This document shows, piece after piece, positions 38,248 to 47,402 of a stretch of DNA of 64,000 nucleotides. The stretch covers positions 11,819 through 75,818 of the forward strand of contig JBBSGT010000001.1 of the NCBI GenBank assembly GCA_038253825.1, given 5' to 3'. The translations under genes and the position numbers were made by a program. The notes below the pieces were generated by a model. That model was not told where the DNA came from. It was given only the letters and a program-made list of their open reading frames with translations, and searched no databases. This DNA comes from Candidatus Levyibacteriota bacterium (GTDB lineage: Bacteria; Patescibacteriota; Microgenomatia; Levybacterales; UBA12049). Within the stretch, counting starts at the first letter, position 1, and each line of letters begins with the position of its first letter.

Positions 38248-39687
38248 ATGGTATACTCGCGCTCATCATACTCATCATTGCCATCCAAAGCTGGCGTGTA
38301 CGTTTATCTCGATAAATCGGGCAACGTTCTCTATGTCGGAAAAGCCAAAGATCTGAAATCCCGTGTCTCTTCTTACTTTGTCAAAAATGCACAGTTAGGT
38401 CCCAAAACAAAAGCACTCGTTTCTCAAGTTGAGAAGATCAGCATTACTATCGTTGAGTCAGAACTTGAAGCGCTGCTTTTGGAAGCGTTTTATATTAAGA
38501 AATATGATCCAAAATATAACATTCGTCTGACAGATAATAAATCGTATGTAAAAATTCGTATTACGGTCAAAGATGCGTATCCTCGAGTTCTCCTTGCTCG
38601 TCGAGACGAATATCCGGATTCTGTTTACTACGGTCCCTTTCCGAGTTCAACTGCCGTCAAGTTAGTTCTCAAAACTATCCGCCGCGTTTTTCCCTTTGTC
38701 TCAGCTCGTAATCATCCCAAACGTATTTGCTTATATCACCATTTAGCTCTGTGTCCATGTCCGCCCATGTTTGATTCGCCGGAATTAAAAGTAATCTATC
38801 GCAAAAATATCCGAGGCATCATCCGTATTCTTGAAGGACAATCCAAGAAAATTATGACTGAGCTGGAAAAAGAACGGGATGCGTTTAGTAAAGATGAAAA
38901 TTTTGAAAAAGCATTACTCATTCAGAAAAAGATTAACGCGCTCAGTCTTATCACCGCACCATATCACAGGCCTTTTGAATACGATATCAATCCCAATCTT
39001 CGAGTTGATATCAGACAGCAGGAAATGGATGGATTGATGGAAGTCCTAAATCAAAACGGTTTCGCGCTAAAAAATCTGGATCGCATCGAATGCTATGACA
39101 TCTCCAATATTCAAGGCACAAATGCCGTCGGCTCTATGGTAGTTTTTGAGCACGGTGAAAAAGAATCATCACAATATAGAAAGTTTAAGATCAAACGCGA
39201 ATGGGACACTCGAGCGAAAAAAGAATTGCCAAATGATTTTGCCATGATGCGGGAAGTTTTAAAAAGACGCTTGCGACATGATGAGTGGAACACGCCAAGT
39301 TTGATAATCGTCGATGGAGGAAAAGGACAAGTCTCCAGTGCGATGACGGCTCTGGCAGAATGTGGAGTGAGTATTCCTCTGGTTGGTCTTGCAAAAAGAG
39401 AAGAGACAATTGTAGTGCCGCGCTTGGAAGGTATCAACTCAACTGAAAAAGCTCCTGAGGGCCCTCAGATTAAAAGCTATCAAGAACTTTTGGAAGTACG
39501 TTTTATGAATGCAGAACGAGAAAAAGGCAAGACACTTGTCGTAAGTGAAGATAATTTTACAGAAGTCTCTCTTCCCAAAAGTTCAGGATCATTACATTTA
39601 GTCCAACGTCTCCGAGATGAGGCTCATAGGTTTGCGATAACATATCACAGAAAGCTACGGAGTAAAAGTGCATTAGCTTCTTCATAA
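38248..39687 (+). CDS. uvrC: Excinuclease ABC subunit C homolog (GIY-YIG nuclease + endonuclease V-like domain; no C-terminal HhH2)
   Basis: The GIY-YIG motif is 'GVYVYLDKSGNVLYVGKAKDLKSRVSSYF', and the C-terminal 'DEAHRFAITYH' is the RNase H-like endonuclease motif. The protein ends about 100 aa earlier than canonical UvrC. Confidence 0.85.
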   Translation: MVYSRSSYSSLPSKAGVYVYLDKSGNVLYVGKAKDLKSRVSSYFVKNAQLGPKTKALVSQVEKISITIVESELEALLLEAFYIKKYDPKYNIRLTDNKSYVKIRITVKDAYPRVLLARRDEYPDSVYYGPFPSSTAVKLVLKTIRRVFPFVSARNHPKRICLYHHLALCPCPPMFDSPELKVIYRKNIRGIIRILEGQSKKIMTELEKERDAFSKDENFEKALLIQKKINALSLITAPYHRPFEYDINPNLRVDIRQQEMDGLMEVLNQNGFALKNLDRIECYDISNIQGTNAVGSMVVFEHGEKESSQYRKFKIKREWDTRAKKELPNDFAMMREVLKRRLRHDEWNTPSLIIVDGGKGQVSSAMTALAECGVSIPLVGLAKREETIVVPRLEGINSTEKAPEGPQIKSYQELLEVRFMNAEREKGKTLVVSEDNFTEVSLPKSSGSLHLVQRLRDEAHRFAITYHRKLRSKSALASS

Positions 39688-39745
39688 ACGCTTACAGAAT
39701 GGTAGTATTGGCAAAAGTATTGAATCTGTATGCTACAATAAAAAT

Positions 39746-41458
39746 ATGGCCAGTGAAGCAGGATTGTTAGAACCTATAAAGGCTGGAGGAACAACTAATA
39801 TGGCACATCCTCAAAATGACATCTTTGCGGTCAAGGATGTCAAAGGACGGGAAAAATTTCCTGAGGTAAAGAGGCTTTCTCAGGAACTCTTCAGAGATAA
39901 TGTAAAAGCTGCCTTTGGTGATGTATCACTTTTTCTTGCAGTGACAGCAGTTCATGGGGCAGAACCTCAACAAATTGCACGCAATGTTGCCTTTGAAATG
40001 AATAACGTCCTGCAAAAAAATGGTGTAGATCGTAAGCCTATTATTGTTCCATATGTTCCAGGACATCCTATTTATGGTGAGCGAAATGTACGTATTTTGC
40101 GGGAAGTTTGTGGTGCTGAAGCAGGCCAAGAGGTGTACCTTTCAGAAGATCTAGGCCGCATGCTTATTAAAACTGAATTTGGTTTGGCAGGGTATCAGAC
40201 TCATTTAGAAAGTGTCCGGCATAACCAAGCGCAGGTACAGGAAGAACTCGATAATTTCCTCAAGAATGAATTTAGCGCCATTTCTCTTTTTGATGAGATA
40301 ATTGACGGTAGACCGCAGCCCAAAAAACAAATCTTTAACCAAGTTGATCCGACTACTGGCAAACGAGGCAGAATCGTTGAGATTAACGCTGGTGCAAATG
40401 TTTCAGGTGCGGCTGAAGATGGCAGAGTTGTCGCACACTCTGTTTTTCCAAATACACTCCATGGGCTTATGGGGCATGTGCAAAACCATAAAGATAAGTT
40501 TAACTATGACGAAGCACTTGTCTCTGATGTCTTAAAAATTGGACAGGAGTTAAATAAAAAATTTGATGTTGTTGTACTTACAGATATTCATCCACTTGGT
40601 GCAAAAGCAGATAAAGCTTCATTTGAGAAAACCCACGCAGATGCTGTTCTTACCCCTGCTTTGAAAGATCGAAAGAACCCCCCAGATGTTTCTTTTGATA
40701 AAGAAAATAAGACCTTAACAATTACCTGGCAGGAAGATGAACTTAACAAAGAGACAGGACAAATGGAAAAGGTAACCAAAACAGAAAGTGCTCCTAATTA
40801 TGATCCTGTTAAAGGTGTTGTGTATCTTAACGTTTCAGGAAGTGGTATAGGTGCTGCAGAAGCGAAAGGATTTGTTCTCTTAGCCCAAGAAAAAGGATAC
40901 GTCGTTTCAGTACCACCTTGGCTTAAAAATCAATGGGTGAGTGAATCAGAGAAAAGAGTGGAAGGCAATAAAGACGATCCTGCAGCGCAAAAAGAGATGG
41001 AGGCAATGAAAAATATTCTTTCAGCGTTACCGGAGATTTTGTTTGCAGAAGATGAGAAAGGAGAAAGTTTGGTTAAAGCACAAATGCTTCGAGCCGGACT
41101 CGGTGCAGTTAATAATTCACTCGTTGGTGGAAAGCAAGCTCCGGACGGGACGAGTGAGGGAATTGCAATAATTCTGTTACCTGGCGGTCAGCTTGATAAT
41201 CCTGAAACACGAAGTAACGAAGCTGTTATTATAGAAAATAAGCTTGGAGTTGAATACACAGGACAGCCAAATATTATCGAATATGCAACAAATCTACCAA
41301 AAGATGCATTTCACCGCTTCACTAGGAAAGTATATAACGATTACGGCATCCCACCTCAGTTCTCAGGTCTTGAGCATACTGCTAATGTCCTTGTTCAAAG
41401 TGAAATTGCTCGAAGTATGAAAGCCGGAGTAAAGCAAACAAGATTACGCGCTGCATAA
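39746..41458 (+). CDS. Hypothetical soluble protein (570 aa), no recognisable domain
   Basis: Long ORF with coding-like composition, GC-shifted relative to the surrounding DNA. No TM segments or known motifs were recognised. Confidence 0.5.
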   Translation: MASEAGLLEPIKAGGTTNMAHPQNDIFAVKDVKGREKFPEVKRLSQELFRDNVKAAFGDVSLFLAVTAVHGAEPQQIARNVAFEMNNVLQKNGVDRKPIIVPYVPGHPIYGERNVRILREVCGAEAGQEVYLSEDLGRMLIKTEFGLAGYQTHLESVRHNQAQVQEELDNFLKNEFSAISLFDEIIDGRPQPKKQIFNQVDPTTGKRGRIVEINAGANVSGAAEDGRVVAHSVFPNTLHGLMGHVQNHKDKFNYDEALVSDVLKIGQELNKKFDVVVLTDIHPLGAKADKASFEKTHADAVLTPALKDRKNPPDVSFDKENKTLTITWQEDELNKETGQMEKVTKTESAPNYDPVKGVVYLNVSGSGIGAAEAKGFVLLAQEKGYVVSVPPWLKNQWVSESEKRVEGNKDDPAAQKEMEAMKNILSALPEILFAEDEKGESLVKAQMLRAGLGAVNNSLVGGKQAPDGTSEGIAIILLPGGQLDNPETRSNEAVIIENKLGVEYTGQPNIIEYATNLPKDAFHRFTRKVYNDYGIPPQFSGLEHTANVLVQSEIARSMKAGVKQTRLRAA

Positions 41459-41494
41459 AATGTGGATGAGAAATATTTTATAAGTTGAGTTGAT

Positions 41495-42664
41495 ATGACA
41501 AGACCGGATAGAGAACAACCTCCCATACCAGAACAAGAAAGACACCAGTTGCTTGAGCACTTCCTTCATCCTCCTGCACCAACCGGTATTGAAATGCCAC
41601 CTCCTGGACAAACCAGTCGTCAACTTTATGCAGTTTTAGATGCCCCAGATAAAGAAGAATCTGCGGAATATGGTAAAGTAAGCTTTCTCGACAAAGGTCA
41701 TATCGTTCGAATGCGATATCCAGTTACTGCACAGCGGTTAGATACCATATTTTATAATGCATGGCGTGCTCATGAAGAAGATCTTACCAATAAAGAAAAA
41801 AAGGATGCATTTCGAAAAGCGATTGGTCTGACTGGAGGATACAATTATATACGTGGCATGCATGTTCTAAAAAAAGATGATACAGTCGATCGAGAAGTTG
41901 CCCCCAAAATAATGTTAAGTCCCTCTGCGGCTTTGCAAGTACTCGAAGCAGCAAATATCCAAGAAGACGATCGCGTTTTGGACTCTCTGTGTGGGACAGG
42001 ATATTCCACCTTTACTATAGGAACGATGACGCCGCAACGACTTGATGCGGTAGATAACTATACCCCTGCACATTATAAATTACCAGAAACAATGATGCGG
42101 GCAAGAGAAATGATTTATAAAGATATTCCCCAGGACTTACAACCGAAAGTGACAATGCCGAATTTTTTAGATGTTGATGCAACAGCCCTTCCAAAATTTG
42201 GTACAGAACAAGCAAACCAACAAGGCTTTGCTGAGCATTATGATAAAGTATTTATCCACCCTCCGTACGGGAGAGAATCAGTAAAAATGAGATCAAATCT
42301 CTCTGAAGGAGATGCCTTTATTCTCTGGGTGAACTCTTTACGTTCCTTAAAAGAAGCAAATAGAGGCAAATCAACTGTTTTTTCGGTTGTTCCTGAGGAA
42401 TGGCAAAGTACTGTAAGAGACATTATCGAAGGAACTTCTGCAGAAGATGCAATAAGAAAGATGTATGCAAAATTACGAGAGATTAAATACTACCAATTAG
42501 AAGACAATGCTCCAAAACTATCCGATCCCATTGATTACGAGAAAGCACAAGAATGGAAGCCAGATGAGCTTATGAAAATTTTTGAAAATAGTTCTGCTAA
42601 GATATTAGACGAAACAAAAACAGGTATGTTTGGCTTACATCTTCATAAATTTGCATGGGAGTAA
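41495..42664 (+). CDS. Class I SAM-dependent amino-methyltransferase with (D/N)PPY-type motif IV (HPPY variant)
   Basis: Motif I 'VLDSLCGTGYSTF', acidic 'FLDVDA' and motif IV 'VFIHPPYG'. This order is as in gamma-class N6-adenine or PrmC/RlmL-type methyltransferases. Confidence 0.55.
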   Translation: MTRPDREQPPIPEQERHQLLEHFLHPPAPTGIEMPPPGQTSRQLYAVLDAPDKEESAEYGKVSFLDKGHIVRMRYPVTAQRLDTIFYNAWRAHEEDLTNKEKKDAFRKAIGLTGGYNYIRGMHVLKKDDTVDREVAPKIMLSPSAALQVLEAANIQEDDRVLDSLCGTGYSTFTIGTMTPQRLDAVDNYTPAHYKLPETMMRAREMIYKDIPQDLQPKVTMPNFLDVDATALPKFGTEQANQQGFAEHYDKVFIHPPYGRESVKMRSNLSEGDAFILWVNSLRSLKEANRGKSTVFSVVPEEWQSTVRDIIEGTSAEDAIRKMYAKLREIKYYQLEDNAPKLSDPIDYEKAQEWKPDELMKIFENSSAKILDETKTGMFGLHLHKFAWE

Positions 42665-42709
42665 TCACCTCAAAAACCTGTTTCTCAACAAATTTGTTAT
42701 AATACAAAG

Positions 42710-43513
42710 ATGGACGCATATCTTTTTGATGTTGATGGGGTAATTACTGATCCTGTAGATAAGAAAATTACCAAACCGAAATTAGTTGAAATTCTAGCAA
42801 GAAAATTACAAGATGGTACACCAATTGCTCTTATTAGTGGTCGAGGGTTGCAGTTTCTTACGAAGCAGGTAGTTTCAGTTTTGGAAGAACATCTAGATAA
42901 TCACCCAGAAATGGATAGATCGTTACTCGATAACTTATTTGTTTCAGGCGAGTTTGGCGGTGTATACCTTATTCATAATCAAGGGCTAGGTGAAGAAAAA
43001 GTGAATCCCGATTTTTCCATTCCTGAGAAGCTGCGTCAGCAACTCAATGCAAAAGCTGAGGAGTTCACAGATTTTGCTCTCATTGAGCATGAGAAACGAA
43101 CCCAGTTCACCATGGAAGCAAATCGGGGCAATGATTTTTTTGGCAAAAAAGGAAAAGAAATTGCAGAAGCGTTGCGTGAACTTGCAGCAGACTATCCAAA
43201 TTTGGAAGTACGATTTGATCGCATTGGCATGAATGTTAAGAATAAAAATGCTACAAAGCACTACTGTGTTATTCAATATCAAAACTGGTTACGGCAAAAG
43301 AATTTTCAGGTTGATAACTATCTGGTTTTTGGTGATAGCCCATCTGATTTTGAAATGGGTGAAGAATTACACCAACAAGGGTTACCATTTACGTTTATCT
43401 TCGTTGGTGACAAAAAAGATTTAGAAAATAAAAAGCCAAACTTTAAGATAATAATTACCCAAGGACATTGTGATGCAGGGACATTAGAATACCTACAGTT
43501 GAATGAATACTAA
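42710..43513 (+). CDS. HAD-superfamily hydrolase (HAD-IIB-like sugar-phosphatase type)
   Basis: Motif I 'LFDVDGVITD' and motif IV 'LVFGDSPSDFEMG'. Confidence 0.7.
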   Translation: MDAYLFDVDGVITDPVDKKITKPKLVEILARKLQDGTPIALISGRGLQFLTKQVVSVLEEHLDNHPEMDRSLLDNLFVSGEFGGVYLIHNQGLGEEKVNPDFSIPEKLRQQLNAKAEEFTDFALIEHEKRTQFTMEANRGNDFFGKKGKEIAEALRELAADYPNLEVRFDRIGMNVKNKNATKHYCVIQYQNWLRQKNFQVDNYLVFGDSPSDFEMGEELHQQGLPFTFIFVGDKKDLENKKPNFKIIITQGHCDAGTLEYLQLNEY

Positions 43514-43743
43514 AGGACTTTTTATACCTGAAGAAATAGATTTTGAGCCTGGTAAAGATGACGAAGGTTGGTTTAAGTTTACTACGTCAATGAGAGCTGC
43601 TGGACAAAGGTCTGCGGGATGGGAACCAACGCTCTCAATGCAAAAGGAGTTTCCGATCTTAGAAGCAGTTTAATACCTTACTTTCTTTCAATATTCTATT
43701 GGTGGAGCAACTTCAATTCCAGAATAAATTACCAAAGCGAAGT

Positions 43744-44028
43744 TTATTTAGCTTCTTTATATAATTCTTTATGAGTTCCCAGTAAATGAAAGATGATGAT
43801 TCTTTGCTTTTTTGTTTGCTTCTCTTCAAAAATTGCTCGCCAGTCGTCTGTGACATTAATACTTTTATAACCTGCATATCTTTCTCTCAATGCGTGGTTT
43901 CTTAATACTGGATGATTGGGATTTTCCAAAAATATCTCAAGTGTTTGCTCAAAAACAGCTTTGATTTTCTTATCTGCATTTTTATAGTGTTTTCTGAACC
44001 TAATCCCGTACCTTATCTCCATTTGCAT
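43744..44028 (-). CDS. Type II toxin, YafQ/RelE-family mRNA interferase
   Basis: 'RNHALRERYAGYKSINVTDDWRAIFEE...IIIFHLLGTHKELY' aligns with YafQ ('KDHPLQGSWKGYRDAHVEPDWILIY...RTGTHAALF'). The start is ambiguous (44046, 44028 or 44022). Confidence 0.65.
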   Translation of the reverse strand: MQMEIRYGIRFRKHYKNADKKIKAVFEQTLEIFLENPNHPVLRNHALRERYAGYKSINVTDDWRAIFEEKQTKKQRIIIFHLLGTHKELYKEAK

Positions 44029-44317
44029 AGGCAGCCTTTGGGTCATCCAACCAATCTATTGCGTCTTTTGCGTTCGTAAAAGAAGGAGAAACTCTTCCTG
44101 CTTTTACATCCTCTTCTGATTTTTTCAACATCTCAATCATATATTCACTGGGTTCCTCTTCAAACTCAGCTTTAAAGTCTGTGGTTTTGGTCTCGATAAA
44201 ATGCAGAAGAAATTTCTTTATAACCACATTTAGTGGCATACCGAGTTCTCGGGCTATTTGTATAGCTTTCTTTTTCGTTTGTGGATCAACTTTTGTACTA
44301 ATAACTGCGTAACTCAT
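44000..44317 (-). CDS. Type II antitoxin, DinJ/RelB family
   Basis: 105 aa. 'ISTKVDPQTKKKAIQIARELGMPLNVVIKKFLLHFIE' has a RelB/DinJ ribbon-helix-helix-like N-terminus. It lies immediately upstream of, and overlaps, the YafQ-like toxin gene. Confidence 0.6.
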   Translation of the reverse strand: MSYAVISTKVDPQTKKKAIQIARELGMPLNVVIKKFLLHFIETKTTDFKAEFEEEPSEYMIEMLKKSEEDVKAGRVSPSFTNAKDAIDWLDDPKAAYANGDKVRD

Positions 44318-44358
44318 AGTAACAATAGAATATACGATGGTGTATCAATTGTCAAACG

Positions 44359-45729
44359 TTACTTCCTCACAATTGTATACATATCCGGGAAGTAAAGGAA
44401 GGCGGCGGGGGCGTCTTCGAGGAGGTATTTTTGAAAATTGGCATAGATACTTTTTCTTTGCTTAATATCATCTATTTTTCTTCCATCCTCAAGCAATTTA
44501 TCAATACGGAGATTTTTATAATGCGTGATGTTATCTTTTTGATCTGAGTGCCAGAGCGTATACTGATCAGGATCACCCGGGAGACTAAAATCTCCTAAGA
44601 ACACCTGGTAGTCATAGGGAATTGTATCTACTTCCACAATTTTTGTCGTAATTCCTAAATTTTTCCATGCAGCAGCAATCGCTTCGGCAGTTGGTCGGTA
44701 TTGTGGGAGTATTTTTAGAGTTAAAGTGGTGGGTGCTTTTTCACCGCTACCACTTGCATTTTGATCTGGCAACAGGAGTAATTTTGCATGAGCAAAATCT
44801 TGTTTGTAAACATCAACTTCATCGTTGTTGTAATACACAGAAGTTGGTGGATAAGGAAGATAAGCACGTTTTCCCTGCGTAAATTTATCGGGAAGCGCAT
44901 AGGTCAGAGCAAGTCGGACTCTTTTATCAGATAAAACCGGATCGTCATTTTTGTAGAAGAGTGTAATCAATTGCGTATAATCTCCCTTATTGGTGATTCT
45001 TGTATTAGGGAAATTTTTTAAATTGAGATCATTGGAAACAATACCTGTAAGACCATCTACTTGCGTTACTTCACCTAGTTTGAAGGCTGTTTTGAGTGAT
45101 TCTTCTGTCGGATAAAATTCATAATTGATTACATCTTGTCTGTCATGTGCTCCTATGAGACTCAGTGACTGCATAAAATTTCCATTAAGTTGGAATTTGG
45201 ACAAATTATACTCACCAACACCGACAAGCCCTTGTTCAAAAATTGGCCTGGAAACGGTTACCAAAAATGGTGCGTAAGCATTTTTTAGTTTAAAAACAAT
45301 CGTATTATTATCGGGACGTTCTTCTGATACGTCAGAAAAATTATAGTTAATCGTTTGTGATGTGACCAAAGTGCCGTTGTTAAAATGTTGATCTGGTTTT
45401 AAATGAAACGTATATATTTTTCCGTCGCTGGTAATATTCCACGTTGCTGCCAGTCCTGGTTGGATTGTTCCACTGGGACTCACGGTTGTAAGACCTAGGG
45501 AAAGTTTGTTTACGATATTTGCAGGTAGATTATCTTGTGTATACGCACCCACGATGCCGATTGTTTGCTTTTTGGAAAAGGGAATTAAATGGATAAAGTA
45601 TTTTGAAGAAAAAAGGACACCGAAAAAGATAATCAACCCAAGTAAAAAAGAAAGAATCATCGTTTTACCGGACTTTTTGATATAGGCTTTAATAAGCCAG
45701 AAAATGAGTCTTTTTCTTACAACTACCAT
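44359..45729 (-). CDS. ABC transporter substrate-binding protein, family 5 (peptide/nickel type), membrane-anchored
   Basis: 456 aa. An N-terminal TM is followed by an SBP_bac_5-like domain ending '...GDFSLPGDPDQYTLWHS'. No cognate permease genes are adjacent. Confidence 0.7.
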   Translation of the reverse strand: MVVVRKRLIFWLIKAYIKKSGKTMILSFLLGLIIFFGVLFSSKYFIHLIPFSKKQTIGIVGAYTQDNLPANIVNKLSLGLTTVSPSGTIQPGLAATWNITSDGKIYTFHLKPDQHFNNGTLVTSQTINYNFSDVSEERPDNNTIVFKLKNAYAPFLVTVSRPIFEQGLVGVGEYNLSKFQLNGNFMQSLSLIGAHDRQDVINYEFYPTEESLKTAFKLGEVTQVDGLTGIVSNDLNLKNFPNTRITNKGDYTQLITLFYKNDDPVLSDKRVRLALTYALPDKFTQGKRAYLPYPPTSVYYNNDEVDVYKQDFAHAKLLLLPDQNASGSGEKAPTTLTLKILPQYRPTAEAIAAAWKNLGITTKIVEVDTIPYDYQVFLGDFSLPGDPDQYTLWHSDQKDNITHYKNLRIDKLLEDGRKIDDIKQRKSIYANFQKYLLEDAPAAFLYFPDMYTIVRK

Positions 45730-45738
45730 AGCTTCATT

Positions 45739-45957
45739 TTATTTTCGCTGGAGGATCAAAAGCGCGACAGAGAGGATAACGAGCAAAGAAGAAAGGGCAA
45801 TTGTCGCAATAATAAGGAATTTCTGTGCACTTCGTTTACTTCGATATGCCTCTCCGCCTGCACCAAAAACCGGTGAAAGTCCTGATCCTGGAGCTTGCAA
45901 TAGAATTGCTGCGACGAGAAGTACGGAGATGACAATTTGTAGAATCGAAAATACCAT
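45739..45957 (-). CDS. secG: Preprotein translocase subunit SecG
   Basis: 72 aa with two TM helices and the characteristic 'LLQAPGSGLSPVFGAGGEAY' Gly-rich loop. Confidence 0.75.
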   Translation of the reverse strand: MVFSILQIVISVLLVAAILLQAPGSGLSPVFGAGGEAYRSKRSAQKFLIIATIALSSLLVILSVALLILQRK

Positions 45958-45965
45958 AAGGCCAA

Positions 45966-46937
45966 TTATACTGTTTTTGCTACCACTGATGCAAGCTTTT
46001 TGTGATCATGATAAAGAGGGAATGATTCATCCACGACATCTTCTGTAATGAGTTGATAATTTTCAGGCTTTTCCTTTGTCAAATGGACATATGTATAGTC
46101 AAGTATAAGATTGGTGGGCAAGGGTAAAGAAAAGTTATCATTTGCAATAACTTTCTGGAAAGGAAATGCTCCCAGGTGTTTTTTTATTGCGTTTACAAAG
46201 TCAAATTCTGAATAACCTTTGGACTCAAAAGGTTTATTCGCTACATTGACGACAAAAACTTGCTGTTTCTTATTTTGAAGAAGAAACTCTTTAATCTCAG
46301 GAATAATAATACAAGGAAGAACTGTTGTATATAAATCGCCAGGCCCAACGATAACAATATCAGAAGCATTGAGAGCAGCTAATGACTCGGATGAAGCAGC
46401 TATATTTGCAGGCACCAGACTTACTGAATCCAATGGACTATCGCCATGAAATTTTCCTAAATCTATATTTTCCTCACCTTGAATAACTCGACCATCTGTG
46501 GTTGTGGCTATTATTGAAACAGACTTCGAGGTAGCCGGAATGATATCTTCATTAATACGAAAAAGTTCTTTCAAAAGTGCGATGGCATTTGGGAAGCTTC
46601 CTGTCATATCTGTGGCTGCTGCTAGCATGAGATTTCCTAATTTATGTCCAAAGAGTTCTTCGTCTTTACCATATCGATCACCCGGAAAACGATACGTAAG
46701 TAATTTTGACATCAATGGATTTGGATTATCCATAAGAGCTGCCATACAGGAAGCAACATCACCTGGAGGTAATATGTTGTAAAGTCTGCGTAATCGCCCC
46801 CCAGATCCACCATCATCCGCCATTGAGACAATTGCAGCAATATGTTCAAAATGGTCTTTGAGACCTTTGATAAGATTGACAGTACCAATACCGCCACCGA
46901 GACAGACAATTCTTTGTTTTCTTTTCGCTTTAGTCAT
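45966..46937 (-). CDS. YvcK/CofD-family (UPF0052) gluconeogenesis-factor-like protein
   Basis: 'RIVCLGGGIGTVNLIKGLK' and 'IVSMADDGGSGGRLRR' are the signature motifs of the family. Confidence 0.8.
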   Translation of the reverse strand: MTKAKRKQRIVCLGGGIGTVNLIKGLKDHFEHIAAIVSMADDGGSGGRLRRLYNILPPGDVASCMAALMDNPNPLMSKLLTYRFPGDRYGKDEELFGHKLGNLMLAAATDMTGSFPNAIALLKELFRINEDIIPATSKSVSIIATTTDGRVIQGEENIDLGKFHGDSPLDSVSLVPANIAASSESLAALNASDIVIVGPGDLYTTVLPCIIIPEIKEFLLQNKKQQVFVVNVANKPFESKGYSEFDFVNAIKKHLGAFPFQKVIANDNFSLPLPTNLILDYTYVHLTKEKPENYQLITEDVVDESFPLYHDHKKLASVVAKTV

Positions 46938-47337
46938 TGTTTATGAGCCAGCGCGCGCCAGAATGGATACATGATAGCACAAAAGCTGAGAAAACGTACG
47001 CAAAAAATGTATCAAATGTGATTCTTGGGGTAATAAAACCTATGATATGAGCTCTGGCATAGGTAAATGGCTGAACGGTAATGTCTGGTACGAGAATGGT
47101 GAGTAAATATAAAATGAGCGCATTCGTCAAGATAGAAAAAAGTCCCATGGTCAGCAAATTAACTGGGAAACTGATAATGTTAAGAATCGGTTTGATGATA
47201 AGAAACATGAGCGCCAACACAATTGCCCCGATACACATACTATTAAATCCACCATCAATCGTAAAACCTGGAACAAATTGTGGTATGAAATAGAGAGCAA
47301 GCAAAAAAATAGCAAATGAGCGAAGCAGAGTTTTCAT
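46930..47337 (-). CDS. DUF360/phage-holin-4-like 4-TM membrane protein
   Basis: 135 aa. 'GGFNSMCIGAIVLALMFLIIKPIL...LLTMGLFSILTNALILYLL' fits the DUF360 pattern. It overlaps the stop of the yvcK-like gene by 8 nt. Confidence 0.5.
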   Translation of the reverse strand: MKTLLRSFAIFLLALYFIPQFVPGFTIDGGFNSMCIGAIVLALMFLIIKPILNIISFPVNLLTMGLFSILTNALILYLLTILVPDITVQPFTYARAHIIGFITPRITFDTFFAYVFSAFVLSCIHSGARWLINND

Positions 47338-47402
47338 ACGTGATTACGTATTGTTATTTTATCACAGATTTTATCTTGCGTTTGAGGTTCTACGAGAGTA
47401 TT

